This document shows, one piece after another, positions 30,523 to 39,739 of a DNA stretch of 64,000 nt (within the stretch, counting starts at the first letter, position 1; the number at the start of each line of letters is the position of its first letter). This DNA comes from Bacteroidota bacterium. GTDB lineage: Bacteria > Bacteroidota > JABWAT01. The notes beneath the pieces were generated by a model. The model did no database searches. It was not told where the DNA came from and was given only the letters and a program-made list of their open reading frames with translations. Position numbers and translations under genes: made by a program. The stretch covers positions 35,081 to 99,080 of the forward strand of contig JAIUNL010000012.1 of assembly GCA_020161835.1 (NCBI GenBank), read 5' to 3'.

Positions 30523-32721
30523 ATGTCAGTCTCACTGCTAAATGAAATTGCGGAACAGAATCTGAACCGTCTTTTGGAGACCTGTCACCGGAATTTAAAA
30601 ACGGTTGATGACGGTTTAATCAGAAAGGCCTTTCAGTTTTCTTACACAGCCCATCAGAATATAAAAAGGGCGAGTGGGGAACCGTATTTCATTCATCCGC
30701 TGGCTGTAGCAACCATTCTCGCAGAAGAATTAATCCTTGACGATATCTCAGTTGCAGCAGCCCTGTTGCACGACATCATTGAAGACACCGATTACGAATT
30801 TGATTTCCTGAAAAAGGAATTTGGGATTACTGTTGCAAACCTTGTTGATGGTGCAACAAAAATAACCGACATGTTTAAAAGTCATGAAGTCACTGAAGCT
30901 GAATCCTTCAGAAAACTCATGCTGTTCATGATCAAAGATATCAGGGTGATTCTGGTCAAATTTGCTGACCGGTTGCATAATATGCGTACCCTGCAATTTC
31001 TTCCCCATCCGAAACAAATTAAAATTGCCACCGAAACCCTTGATATTTATGCACCTTTGGCCCACCGGTTTGGTCTGTGGCAGATCAAATGGGAACTTGA
31101 AGATCTGAGTTTCAAATATCTGAATCCGGAATCTTACGAAGATATTTTCAGGAAGGTTAATGCCCGGCGTGAAGAACGTGAGGGATACATCAATCAGTTC
31201 ACAGATCCAATTGCTGAACGATTGACAGCAGCCGGATTTCATTTTGAGCTTTCAGGCCGGCCCAAGCATTTTTATTCGATTTACAACAAAATGGTGAACC
31301 GGGGAAAACCTTTTGAAGAAATCTACGACCTGTTTGCCGTCAGAATTATTCTGGATACCCAGCAGGCTTATGATTGTTTTACAGTTTATGGAATTGTGAG
31401 TGATATCTATTTTCCGGTTCCCGTAAGATTCAAGGATTACATTTCTGTTCCCAAGCACAATGGCTATCAGAGTATTCACACAACCGTAGTTGGTCCTGCC
31501 GGAAAGTTGGTAGAAGTTCAGATCAGAACCCGGAAAATGCATGAAATTGCTGAAAAGGGAGTTGCCGCCCACTGGTCTTACAAGGAAGCCGGTGAATCGG
31601 TGGTCAATAAACAAAGTGATGAATGGATCAGTTGGGTCAGAGAAATTTTTGATCAGGCTGATAGTTCAGATAACCCGAATCAGTTTATTGAAGATTTCAA
31701 GCTGAATCTGTTTCAGGATGAAATTTTTATTTTTACTCCCAAAGGGGACTTGAAAATTCTTCCGAAAGGGTCAACGCCGGTAGATTTTGCTTATGAAATT
31801 CATACCAACGTTGGAAATCACTGTATCGGCGCCAAAATAAACGGCAAAATTGTTCCGCTGAATACCCGTATTGATAACGGGAATCAGGTAGAAATTATCA
31901 CATCCAAAAACCAGAAACCTAATCCCGACTGGGAAAAGTTTGTTGTTACCCACAAGGCAAAAAGCAAGATCAGAGCCTTCCTGAATGAAGAAAAACGGAA
32001 GATTACTGAACTTGGCCGTGAGATGTGGGAAAAGAGGGTCAGGAAGTCAAAACTTAAATTTACTGATCTTGAACTGAATAAACTGATACAGGATTTAAAG
32101 TACCCCAATCAGTCAGCATTTTTTCATGCGGTTGGTTTCGGACTTTTCAACCATGAAGAGTTTCTTGAAAAGTATGTTATCAGGCAGACGGCCAAAAAAG
32201 AGCCTAAAGCGGATGAAAAACCTGAATTCGGCACCTTTGAAGAGTTTGTAAAGACGTCACGGTCCGGCCAGAAAACCCTGGTTGTTGAAGGCAAAAATGC
32301 CAACATCCAGATGAATTATGCCAAGTGCTGCAATCCGGTTCCCGGTGATGAAATTGTAGGATATGTGACGATTGGTGAAGGAATTAAAGTTCACCGTAAA
32401 AATTGCCGGAATATTGTAAATTACTCAAACAGTGAAGTGCTCAGGCTGGTAGATGTTGACTGGCCAAAAGGCGCCCACGAAGATTTTATGGCTGGCATCC
32501 GGCTTTCGGGTGAAGACCGGAAGGGATTGGTTTCTGATATTACCAATGTGATTTCAAAAACCATGAACACCAATATCAGAGGTTTAAATTTTAACACCAA
32601 AGATGGAATTTTTGATGGTTCCATCATCGTCTTTGTGAATGATGTTGAGCATTTATTGCGGATTATTGACCGGATTAAGCGGATTGAAGGGGTGAAGTCG
32701 GTAGCCCGTCTGGAAGAGTGA
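30523..32721 (+). CDS. relA: Bifunctional (p)ppGpp synthetase/hydrolase (RSH)
   Basis: HD hydrolase motif HDIIEDT and synthetase region (YQSIHTTV), with TGS and ACT-like C-terminal regions by pattern. Confidence 0.95.
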   Translation: MSVSLLNEIAEQNLNRLLETCHRNLKTVDDGLIRKAFQFSYTAHQNIKRASGEPYFIHPLAVATILAEELILDDISVAAALLHDIIEDTDYEFDFLKKEFGITVANLVDGATKITDMFKSHEVTEAESFRKLMLFMIKDIRVILVKFADRLHNMRTLQFLPHPKQIKIATETLDIYAPLAHRFGLWQIKWELEDLSFKYLNPESYEDIFRKVNARREEREGYINQFTDPIAERLTAAGFHFELSGRPKHFYSIYNKMVNRGKPFEEIYDLFAVRIILDTQQAYDCFTVYGIVSDIYFPVPVRFKDYISVPKHNGYQSIHTTVVGPAGKLVEVQIRTRKMHEIAEKGVAAHWSYKEAGESVVNKQSDEWISWVREIFDQADSSDNPNQFIEDFKLNLFQDEIFIFTPKGDLKILPKGSTPVDFAYEIHTNVGNHCIGAKINGKIVPLNTRIDNGNQVEIITSKNQKPNPDWEKFVVTHKAKSKIRAFLNEEKRKITELGREMWEKRVRKSKLKFTDLELNKLIQDLKYPNQSAFFHAVGFGLFNHEEFLEKYVIRQTAKKEPKADEKPEFGTFEEFVKTSRSGQKTLVVEGKNANIQMNYAKCCNPVPGDEIVGYVTIGEGIKVHRKNCRNIVNYSNSEVLRLVDVDWPKGAHEDFMAGIRLSGEDRKGLVSDITNVISKTMNTNIRGLNFNTKDGIFDGSIIVFVNDVEHLLRIIDRIKRIEGVKSVARLEE

Positions 32722-32746
32722 GCTTTTACACACGAAAGGGAAGAAA

Positions 32747-33094
32747 ATGAAACCGAGAGTCAAAACTCTGACGAAAAAGGATGTTGCCAAAAAGGTAGCA
32801 GAAGATCATGATGAGCGTTTGTATCACACCTCGAAATGGGTGGATTCAACCTTTGCTGCACTTCGGGAACTGATGTTGACAACCGACGAAGAAGTCAGAA
32901 TTGAAATTCGTGATTTTGGTGTTTTTGAAGTGAAAATTACCCGGCCAAAACCAAAAGCCCGCAACCCCAAAACCGGCGATACGGTTTACATTCCCTGGAG
33001 AAAGAAAACTCACTTTAAGCCAAGCAAGCTCATTCGCGAAGCCCTCCAACAACCGCTTTCTGATGAAAAAATCAAAGAAATTATGGAAGAATAG
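32747..33094 (+). CDS. HU/IHF-family DNA-binding protein
   Basis: HU fold pattern with a beta-arm ARNPKTGDTV and an FKPS motif. Confidence 0.8.
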   Translation: MKPRVKTLTKKDVAKKVAEDHDERLYHTSKWVDSTFAALRELMLTTDEEVRIEIRDFGVFEVKITRPKPKARNPKTGDTVYIPWRKKTHFKPSKLIREALQQPLSDEKIKEIMEE

Positions 33095-33505
33095 ATGACC
33101 GGATTTTTTCTCGGTCTTGATTTGGGTGATGTTAGAACCGGAATTGCAAAATCGGATCCGCTTGGCATTCTGGCAACGCCGCTCAAAACCATTCCTGCCG
33201 GTACTTTACTGGATGAACTGAAGCAATTGGTTTCTGCTGACTGTAAAGGTTTGGTGATCGGAATGCCATTTAACCTAAAAGGACAGGTTGAGCAAAAGGC
33301 AAAATTTGTTGAAACAGTGATATCGACCATCCGGAGTGAGTTTCCCGATCTTCCCATCGTGACTCTGGATGAACGGTTTACCAGCAGAATTGCCCAACAA
33401 CAGATTCTGGCTTCCGGACGTGGTAAAAAAGCCCGCCAGGAAAAAGGTCTCGTTGACCGCCAGGCCGCAGCCATTATTTTGCAGGATTATCTGAACAGCA
33501 AATAG
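33095..33505 (+). CDS. ruvX: Holliday junction resolvase-like protein RuvX (YqgF)
   Basis: GLDLGDVRTGIA and DERFTS motifs. The start abuts the upstream stop. Confidence 0.9.
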   Translation: MTGFFLGLDLGDVRTGIAKSDPLGILATPLKTIPAGTLLDELKQLVSADCKGLVIGMPFNLKGQVEQKAKFVETVISTIRSEFPDLPIVTLDERFTSRIAQQQILASGRGKKARQEKGLVDRQAAAIILQDYLNSK

Positions 33506-33514
33506 TTTGTACAA

Positions 33515-33549
33515 TCACCGGTCACTGAGGCTCTCGAAGTGCCCGGTGA
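33515..33549 (+). repeat. CACTGAG...TCGAAGTGC hairpin element, copy 2
   Basis: tcaccgg-tcactgaggctctcgaagtgc-ccggtga, followed by ttaaat. It starts 10 nt after the ruvX stop. Confidence 0.8.
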
Positions 33550-33552
33550 TTA

Positions 33553-33587
33553 AATGATCAATGGTTAATGGTGAATGGTAAATACCA
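33553..33587. repeat. Heptamer array: aatgatc aatggtt aatggtg aatggta aatacca
   Basis: Read directly. Confidence 0.75.
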
Positions 33588-33593
33588 AAATTG

Positions 33594-33610
33594 TCACCCT
33601 AACAGGGTGA
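33594..33610 (+). repeat. Minimal GTCACCCT hairpin (tcaccct-aac-agggtga)
   Basis: 7-bp perfect stem with a 3-nt loop. It has the same 5' word as the 6318 module but no insert. Confidence 0.65.
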
Positions 33611-33757
33611 AATTTGAATAGCCCCGGATGACAATCCGGTGGTGGAATATGAAGAAAATCTATCAACCCCGGACAGGGTTGAAAAATCTCAGACAATCTG
33701 AACAAATCCCCATATTTAAAATTTATATTCAGACATTCAGCTGTTACCGATCCTAAC

Positions 33758-35191
33758 TCAATCCTGCCTGGATTCTGCTATTTTTTTTATCATTCCGTTG
33801 AAAATATACCCATGAAAGGGAAGAACCGAATACCAGTACAATAAACCCAGAACGCCCAATGGTCTGAAGGTTGCCGTTTGAGTCAGAATATTTTGGTCAT
33901 CAATTTTAAACTCAAGCCACGCCTCGCCGGGTAATTTCATCTCGGCAAAGAGCAGCAATCTTTTTTCACTTTTATCAGCAAGTAAAACCCGCCAAAAATC
34001 AAGAGCATCACCGGGCGCAATTTCAGTATCACTTTTCCGTCCTCTCCGCATGCCAACTCCGCCAATCACCTGATCTAAAAACCCCCTGATTTTCCACAGC
34101 CAATTGGCGTAGTACCAGCCGGTTTTTCCACCGATCGACCAGATTTTATCCAGAGAAAACTGAGCATCTTCAATTTTTATCCTGCGGATATCTTTGAAAC
34201 ATCCGTTGACAGGGACTTCAATAAATTTTGATAATCCTTTTCTGAACAAATCACTGGTTTGAGCATCCTTCCAGCTGGATAAAACCTGATTTTGTTCAAT
34301 TTTATCAAAGGCAAACCGAATGGAGGTATCATAATCAATCAGGTGAATGCCCAGGTTTTCAGCAAGATCGTTGGGTTCACAGGTGACCTCCGTTTTCATA
34401 CTGTTCACCAAATTCTTGGCCAGCGGAAAAGAAGTTGCGGTTAAAAAATACAACCAGTAGGAAGATATTTTTGGCGTCATGATCGGAACGATGAAAATCC
34501 GGCGTTTAAGTCCGCGGATGGAAGCAAAACGGAGGAGCATCTCTTTGTAGGATAAGAGATCAGGACCACCAATGTCATAGCTTTTGTTGTAGGTGAACTC
34601 CTTGCCAATAACGCCGGTTAAAAATTCGACCACATTTCTGATGGCGATAGGCTGGCATTGCGTGCCGAGCCATTTGGGCGTAATCATGAACGGTAATTTT
34701 TCAACCAAATCCCTGATGATTTCAAAGGAAGCACTTCCCGATCCCATGATAATGCCGGCTCTCAACGTCGTTAAAGCAAAATTGCCACCGGATAAAATGG
34801 CTTCAACATTTTTACGGGATGATAAATGCTTTGACAGTTCGGCAGAATTTACAATTCCACTCAGATAAATAACTTGCCTGGCCGTTGTTTGATTGATCCG
34901 GTCTTTAAAGTTTTGTGCACAAATCTGCTCCATCGATTCAAAATCACCAATTTCAGTTGACATGGAATGGATCAGATAATAGGCAATATCAATATCATCA
35001 GGAATGGTTGCGAGACTTGAAGAATCCAGAAAATCAGCTTCAATGACAGTCAAAGCCTCTGAACTGTAATTTTTCCGGTTGAACCGGTTTTGGTCTCTCA
35101 CGCAGCAAACGACTTGATGTCCGTTTTCAATTAGTACGGGCAAGAGTCGTTGGGCAATATAGCCGGTAACACCGGTGAGCAGAATTTTCAT
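33758..35191 (-). CDS. NAD(P)-binding SDR/NmrA-like protein with a DUF2867-like C-terminal domain
   Basis: Rossmann motif LLTGVTGYIAQ. The long C-terminal region ends in a hydrophobic segment. Confidence 0.75.
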   Translation of the reverse strand: MKILLTGVTGYIAQRLLPVLIENGHQVVCCVRDQNRFNRKNYSSEALTVIEADFLDSSSLATIPDDIDIAYYLIHSMSTEIGDFESMEQICAQNFKDRINQTTARQVIYLSGIVNSAELSKHLSSRKNVEAILSGGNFALTTLRAGIIMGSGSASFEIIRDLVEKLPFMITPKWLGTQCQPIAIRNVVEFLTGVIGKEFTYNKSYDIGGPDLLSYKEMLLRFASIRGLKRRIFIVPIMTPKISSYWLYFLTATSFPLAKNLVNSMKTEVTCEPNDLAENLGIHLIDYDTSIRFAFDKIEQNQVLSSWKDAQTSDLFRKGLSKFIEVPVNGCFKDIRRIKIEDAQFSLDKIWSIGGKTGWYYANWLWKIRGFLDQVIGGVGMRRGRKSDTEIAPGDALDFWRVLLADKSEKRLLLFAEMKLPGEAWLEFKIDDQNILTQTATFRPLGVLGLLYWYSVLPFHGYIFNGMIKKIAESRQD

Positions 35192-35247
35192 GGAAATAGT
35201 GACAGTATGAAAGTGGATTGAGAATGTGCCTGAAGAAAAGTATACAT

Positions 35248-35556
35248 TCAGCGCTTGCTTATTTTATTTAATGTAATGGTTCGTTGCATGGTGCTTTTAA
35301 ACCGATTGATTTCCGGGTTTCGTTTCTTTGCATGTTTATGACTTGCTCCGCTGTTTACTCTTTTCCGCCATAAATCAAAACTGCTTCGCTTTAATTCTCT
35401 TCGCATCAGTTCAATGACATCAGCCTCAGAAAAGCCAAACTGGAGTTTGATGGCTTCGAACGGGGTTCGGTCTTCCCATGCCATTTCAATAATTCGGTCG
35501 ATGTCCCGTTGGTCCATATTTACCTGATCGGTTAAGTTAAATTTTTCAGTCAGCAA
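35248..35556 (-). CDS. TIGR03643/DUF2805-like small protein
   Basis: MAWEDRTPFEAIKLQFGFSEADVIELMRRELK. The start may instead be ATG 35517. Confidence 0.65.
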   Translation of the reverse strand: MLTEKFNLTDQVNMDQRDIDRIIEMAWEDRTPFEAIKLQFGFSEADVIELMRRELKRSSFDLWRKRVNSGASHKHAKKRNPEINRFKSTMQRTITLNKISKR

Positions 35557-35563
35557 GTCGAGT

Positions 35564-35914
35564 TCAATTCAAATATGGTTGGAGCGAAACCATGAACAGA
35601 TAAAAATTGAGAATCATAAAAAAAATTGCAGGCAACGAAACCCACAAGCTGTCCTTTACTTTAATTCGTACCCAAACCCCCAGAAACATAAGCAAGGCAA
35701 GTCCTCCCGACGAAATCAGGAGGAAAGGATGATAAATCAAACCCAGAAGCAGACCGGTTGCACCCAGCAACTCCAGTACAACCGTAAGTAACCCGAATTT
35801 TTCCAGATTAAACCGTCTGAATTCACTTTTCATGTGAGGAGACGAAAACCAGGAGGCACCATAGGCGAAAAACGAAATGCTCGAAATAAGGAGGCAAAGG
35901 GTAAAAAAACTCAT
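35564..35914 (-). CDS. DoxX-like membrane protein
   Basis: 116 aa with 4 TM segments; FRRFNLEKFGLLTVVLELLGATGLLLG. Confidence 0.7.
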   Translation of the reverse strand: MSFFTLCLLISSISFFAYGASWFSSPHMKSEFRRFNLEKFGLLTVVLELLGATGLLLGLIYHPFLLISSGGLALLMFLGVWVRIKVKDSLWVSLPAIFFMILNFYLFMVSLQPYLN

Positions 35915-36261
35915 ATTGAAATGTAATTCAACGAAACCAGCACAATGAAAAGGCTTAAAAGAAATAAAACCAGAGAAGGCAGGCGTTTGATCATCGGGTT
36001 GTTGATTTTATTATGAAAATATTGAGCCACCAACATAAACATGCCCATCAGAGCTGCAGGAATCAGAATCAGAGAGTGAAACCAGATACCAGCAACCAAT
36101 AAAGTTGCAACCGCAATTTTGCTTGCACCCACTGCACTTCGGGTCAAATCAGACAAGCCGAATTGTTTGAAATCTCTGATAATATTGTCAAATCTAAAAA
36201 TCCAGACAAAGGCAACTGAGAGTCCAACGATAAGTTGTGCAGCGGAGAGAAATGTTAACAC
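35911..36261 (-). CDS. DoxX-like membrane protein (divergent paralogue)
   Basis: Also exactly 116 aa, with 4 TM segments; FKQFGLSDLTRSAVGASKIAVATLLV. ATGA overlap with the downstream paralogue. Confidence 0.55.
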   Translation of the reverse strand: MLTFLSAAQLIVGLSVAFVWIFRFDNIIRDFKQFGLSDLTRSAVGASKIAVATLLVAGIWFHSLILIPAALMGMFMLVAQYFHNKINNPMIKRLPSLVLFLLSLFIVLVSLNYISI

Positions 36262-36412
36262 AATAGGTTCCTGATCTTCTTACTCGTATGGCTTTTCAGA
36301 ATTCGCCCCGTTTTTTTGTGGTTTCTGGACTCCACGACAAAATCATTTACAAGGCAAATTCTTTGATAGAAGTGCTCCGGCGGATAAATAGATATCATGG
36401 AAACCAAAAATT

Positions 36413-36454
36413 GTCAGTCTGAGTGATCCTGCTTGCAGGATTTTATCGAAGACT
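36413..36454 (+). repeat. GTCA-stem-GAG...TCGA-stem module with an inner atcctg-cttg-caggat hairpin
   Basis: gtcagtctGAGtgatcctgcttgcaggattttaTCGAagact. The outer stem is agtct/agact. Confidence 0.7.
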
Positions 36455-36528
36455 TTCATCTCTATTTAACTGCCGGAGTAATAGTAAATTTTTCGGATTA
36501 CCTGACTTCGGACTTATAAAAGGTTTTT

Positions 36529-37227
36529 TCAGATTTTTAAAGTTGAAATTCCCCCATCCACATGCAGAATCTGACCGGTTATCCATCCCGATTTTTCTGA
36601 AAGAAGAAACTCAGCCATATTGGCAATATCTTCGGTCGTGCCTATTCTTTTGAGCGGATGTCTTTGCGCGTTTGTTTCCAGTTTTGTGGTGGTATTGATA
36701 AAATTGGCAGCAAGGGGAGTGTCAGTCAGGGAAGGTGCAATACAGTTCACTCTGATAGTCGGAGCAAATTCAGCTGCCAAGGCTTTAGTCAATCCTTCAA
36801 TTGCTCCCTTTGAAGTGGAAACCAAAGAGTGATAATTAAATCCGGATTGAACTGCAACGGTTGAAAAAAGGACGATTGATGAGTTGCTTGACGCTTTCAG
36901 TTTGGGTAAGGCAGCCTGAATTACTTTAATAGCACCCACGACCTGTAAATTAAAATCTGTTGTAAAGTCAGCAGGATTTAGTCTTGCAAACGGCCGGAGG
37001 TTAATGCTGCCGGGACAATAAATCAATCCGTTTAAAGTTTCCGGAAGAAAATCCAGATCAATGTTTTCATCCAAGACATTTAAATAATGGCAGGATATTG
37101 AAGGATGTTCCGGTTCGGCTCTGTTCTTAAAATAGGTAGAGAAAACCTGGTGTCCTGCTTCTGCCAGTTGACTGGAGAGTCTTTTTCCAATCCCGGAAGA
37201 ACCGCCTATAATGAAATAGTTTGCCAT
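36529..37227 (-). CDS. SDR-family oxidoreductase
   Basis: IIGGSSGIGK nucleotide-binding motif and NCIAPSLTDTPL. Confidence 0.85.
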   Translation of the reverse strand: MANYFIIGGSSGIGKRLSSQLAEAGHQVFSTYFKNRAEPEHPSISCHYLNVLDENIDLDFLPETLNGLIYCPGSINLRPFARLNPADFTTDFNLQVVGAIKVIQAALPKLKASSNSSIVLFSTVAVQSGFNYHSLVSTSKGAIEGLTKALAAEFAPTIRVNCIAPSLTDTPLAANFINTTTKLETNAQRHPLKRIGTTEDIANMAEFLLSEKSGWITGQILHVDGGISTLKI

Positions 37228-37337
37228 GAATAAACGCCAGTCATTGATTTAAATTTTGATTCAGAACATAGATTTCCGGGGTTTGGTTCGTTAAAGTCAA
37301 TCTTTGGGGTTTTGTGCTGATTTTAAACACTGAACGG

Positions 37338-37424
37338 TAACACTGGCTCCCGGTCGGAAATCCAAACTGCAACGCCGACCTCCAGTTTGGATTTCCGGGC
37401 TGTAACACCGACCTCCCGGTCGGT
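37338..37424. repeat. Composite element: a 14-bp-stem hairpin flanked by two direct copies of a GTAACAC...CTCCCGGTCGG word
   Basis: ggaaatccaaactg (37356-37369) pairs with cagtttggatttcc (37383-37396). The flanks are ggtaacactggctcccggtcgg and tgtaacaccgacctcccggtcgg. The second flank forms an accgacc-tccc-ggtcggt hairpin. Confidence 0.8.
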
Positions 37425-37469
37425 ATCCCTGTTTTAACCCAGCTATTCAGGATTTGGATCATTATGAAA

Positions 37470-37497
37470 AATGATAAATGATCAATGGTAAATTAAA
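37470..37497. repeat. Heptamer array: aatgata aatgatc aatggta aattaaa
   Basis: Read directly. Confidence 0.65.
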
Positions 37498-37658
37498 TGG
37501 GTGAAGATATTGAATAGTGTAAAACTTTAGCCTTTTAATGACTTCTTTCTACTGGCTTTTTCCTGCTTCCCAAATTAATAATTTGTTGCGCAGAACACGG
37601 TTTTATATTTAACTTTCCAAACATCATCCTTTCGTTTTCTATCCTGCCGGAATTCTTT

Positions 37659-37666
37659 TATTTTTG
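37659..37666 (+). promoter_or_regulatory. Candidate Bacteroidota-type -7 promoter element, TAttTTTG
   Basis: Matches TAnnTTTG, 40 nt upstream of the def ATG. Confidence 0.3.
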
Positions 37667-37705
37667 TGAATGTTGTTGATCGTGCAGAAGAAATAAAAGC
37701 GGACT

Positions 37706-38245
37706 ATGATTTTACCTATTTATACACTTGGCGATGCCGTTCTCAGGCAAAAAGCCGAAACTCTTACCGGCGTTGACAAAAACCTGGATAAGCTTATTAA
37801 AGATATGTTCGAAACCATGTATCAGGCTGATGGAATCGGACTTGCTGCTCCACAGGTTGGCCAGGCACTTGATTTACTTGTTATTGATATTTCTGTCATG
37901 AAAGAAGGCAGAGATACACTCCCCATGGTGTTTATAAACCCAGAGTTTATTGATAAACAAGGTTCATGTTCAATGGAAGAAGGATGTCTCTCTGTTCCGG
38001 GAATTAATGATTTTGTTGACCGGCCTGAAATCATCACTGTGAAATTCAGGGATGAAAAGTTCAATGAACGAACCGAAACCTTTGATGGTATGCTGGCCAG
38101 AGTTCTTCAGCATGAATATGATCACCTTCAGGGAACCCTTTTTGTTGATTATTTATCTGCTTTCAGAAAAACTCTGCTTAAAAACCGGATGCGTGATATC
38201 CAGAAAGGAACCGTTGAGGTAGATTATCTGCTGGCCGAAAAATAA
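37706..38245 (+). CDS. def: Peptide deformylase
   Basis: GIGLAAPQVG, EGCLSVPG and QHEYDHLQG motifs. Confidence 0.95.
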   Translation: MILPIYTLGDAVLRQKAETLTGVDKNLDKLIKDMFETMYQADGIGLAAPQVGQALDLLVIDISVMKEGRDTLPMVFINPEFIDKQGSCSMEEGCLSVPGINDFVDRPEIITVKFRDEKFNERTETFDGMLARVLQHEYDHLQGTLFVDYLSAFRKTLLKNRMRDIQKGTVEVDYLLAEK

Positions 38246-38275
38246 ACGGAAGCATACTATTTTCCACTCTTTCTC

Positions 38276-39217
38276 ATGTCACTTAAACTCGTCTTTATGG
38301 GAACACCAGACTTTGCAGTTCCCATCCTCGAAAAACTCATCCTGAACGGATATAAACCCGTTGCAATTGTTACCGGAAAAGACAAACCTCAGGGTCGTGG
38401 TCTTCAGTTGCAGGAAACACCGGTTAAACAATGTGCGAAAAAACATGGTATTGAAACCATTCTCGAACCCGAAGATTTAAAAGGTGATGAGTTTTACCAT
38501 CAGATGAAGGCTATCGATGCAGATTGCTATGTGGTTGTAGCTTTCAGGATTTTGCCTGAACGGATTTTTTCACTTCCCGCTAAAGGGACTTTTAATCTTC
38601 ATGGCAGTTTACTACCGAAGTACCGGGGTGCTGCCCCCATGCAGTGGGCCTTATTAAATGGGGATAAAGAAACCGGCGTTACCACTTTTTTTCTTCAGAA
38701 GGCAGTTGATACCGGCACCATTATCGGCAGGAAAAAATTGCTGGTTTCAGATTCCATGACCGGAAGCGAACTTCACGATCAATTAAGCAATCTGGGTGCA
38801 GATCTTGTTCTTGAAACCGTCATTAAAATTGATCATGGAACTGTAAAAACAGAAATCCAGGATGATACACTTGCAACCCGGGCACCTAAATTAACAAAGG
38901 AAGATTTCAGAATTGACTGGAACCTGCCGGGAGCTGTAATTCGTAATAAAATAAGGGCTTTCGATGACTATCCGGGTGCTTTTTGTTATCTGGATGGTAA
39001 AGTGCTGAAGTTATTTAAGGTTGACTTTTTTCAGGAAACTCAGTATCCTTACATCAGTAACGGATTGATCACCGGGTTATCTAAATCGAACATCTCAATA
39101 AAAGTCTCTGATGGCATGATCCTGATTGGTGAAGTGCAGCTCGAGGGTAAAAGGCGTTTATCCGTTCAAGAGTTCCTCAACGGTTATCATTTAAAAACAG
39201 GCATACAACTCAATTGA
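38276..39217 (+). CDS. fmt: Methionyl-tRNA formyltransferase
   Basis: FMGTPDFAVP, and NLHGSLLPKYRGAAPMQWA. Confidence 0.95.
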   Translation: MSLKLVFMGTPDFAVPILEKLILNGYKPVAIVTGKDKPQGRGLQLQETPVKQCAKKHGIETILEPEDLKGDEFYHQMKAIDADCYVVVAFRILPERIFSLPAKGTFNLHGSLLPKYRGAAPMQWALLNGDKETGVTTFFLQKAVDTGTIIGRKKLLVSDSMTGSELHDQLSNLGADLVLETVIKIDHGTVKTEIQDDTLATRAPKLTKEDFRIDWNLPGAVIRNKIRAFDDYPGAFCYLDGKVLKLFKVDFFQETQYPYISNGLITGLSKSNISIKVSDGMILIGEVQLEGKRRLSVQEFLNGYHLKTGIQLN

Positions 39218-39235
39218 TTACAGGAGTTATTTAAA

Positions 39236-39688
39236 ATGGCAAGAAGTGTAAATAAAGTTATCCTTGTTGGTAACGTCGGTAAAGACCCCGAAGTAAGATA
39301 TACACCAAGTAACCAGGCCGTTGCCCAGTTTTCGCTGGCAACTTCTGAAAGCTGGAAGGATCAGTCTGGAAAACAGGTTGAAAAAACAGAATGGCATAAT
39401 CTCGTCGTCTGGGGAAAATTGGCAGAAATTTGCCAGGAATATGTGAAAAAAGGACATAAAATTTACGTAGAAGGCCGTCTTCAAACCAGAAGCTGGGATG
39501 ATAAAGAGACTGGCGCAAAACGGTATTCTACTGAGATTGTGGTGGGCGATCTGCTCATGTTAACTTCAAAAGGTTCAGGCGGTGGCGAATACGAAGGCGT
39601 TTCTCATTCTTCTTCGGGTTCTCAGAGAGCAGATATTTTACCAACGGCTCCTGATACTCTTTCTGATAATGATGATCTCCCTTTTTGA
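39236..39688 (+). CDS. ssb: Single-stranded DNA-binding protein
   Basis: OB-fold N-terminus ([19 protein letters not shown]), a G/S-rich linker, and an acidic tip DNDDLPF. Confidence 0.95.
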   Translation: MARSVNKVILVGNVGKDPEVRYTPSNQAVAQFSLATSESWKDQSGKQVEKTEWHNLVVWGKLAEICQEYVKKGHKIYVEGRLQTRSWDDKETGAKRYSTEIVVGDLLMLTSKGSGGGEYEGVSHSSSGSQRADILPTAPDTLSDNDDLPF

Positions 39689-39739
39689 TCAAATCTGATT
39701 AAATTTAAAGCCGTAACACCGTTCTGGGGTCTCTGGATT

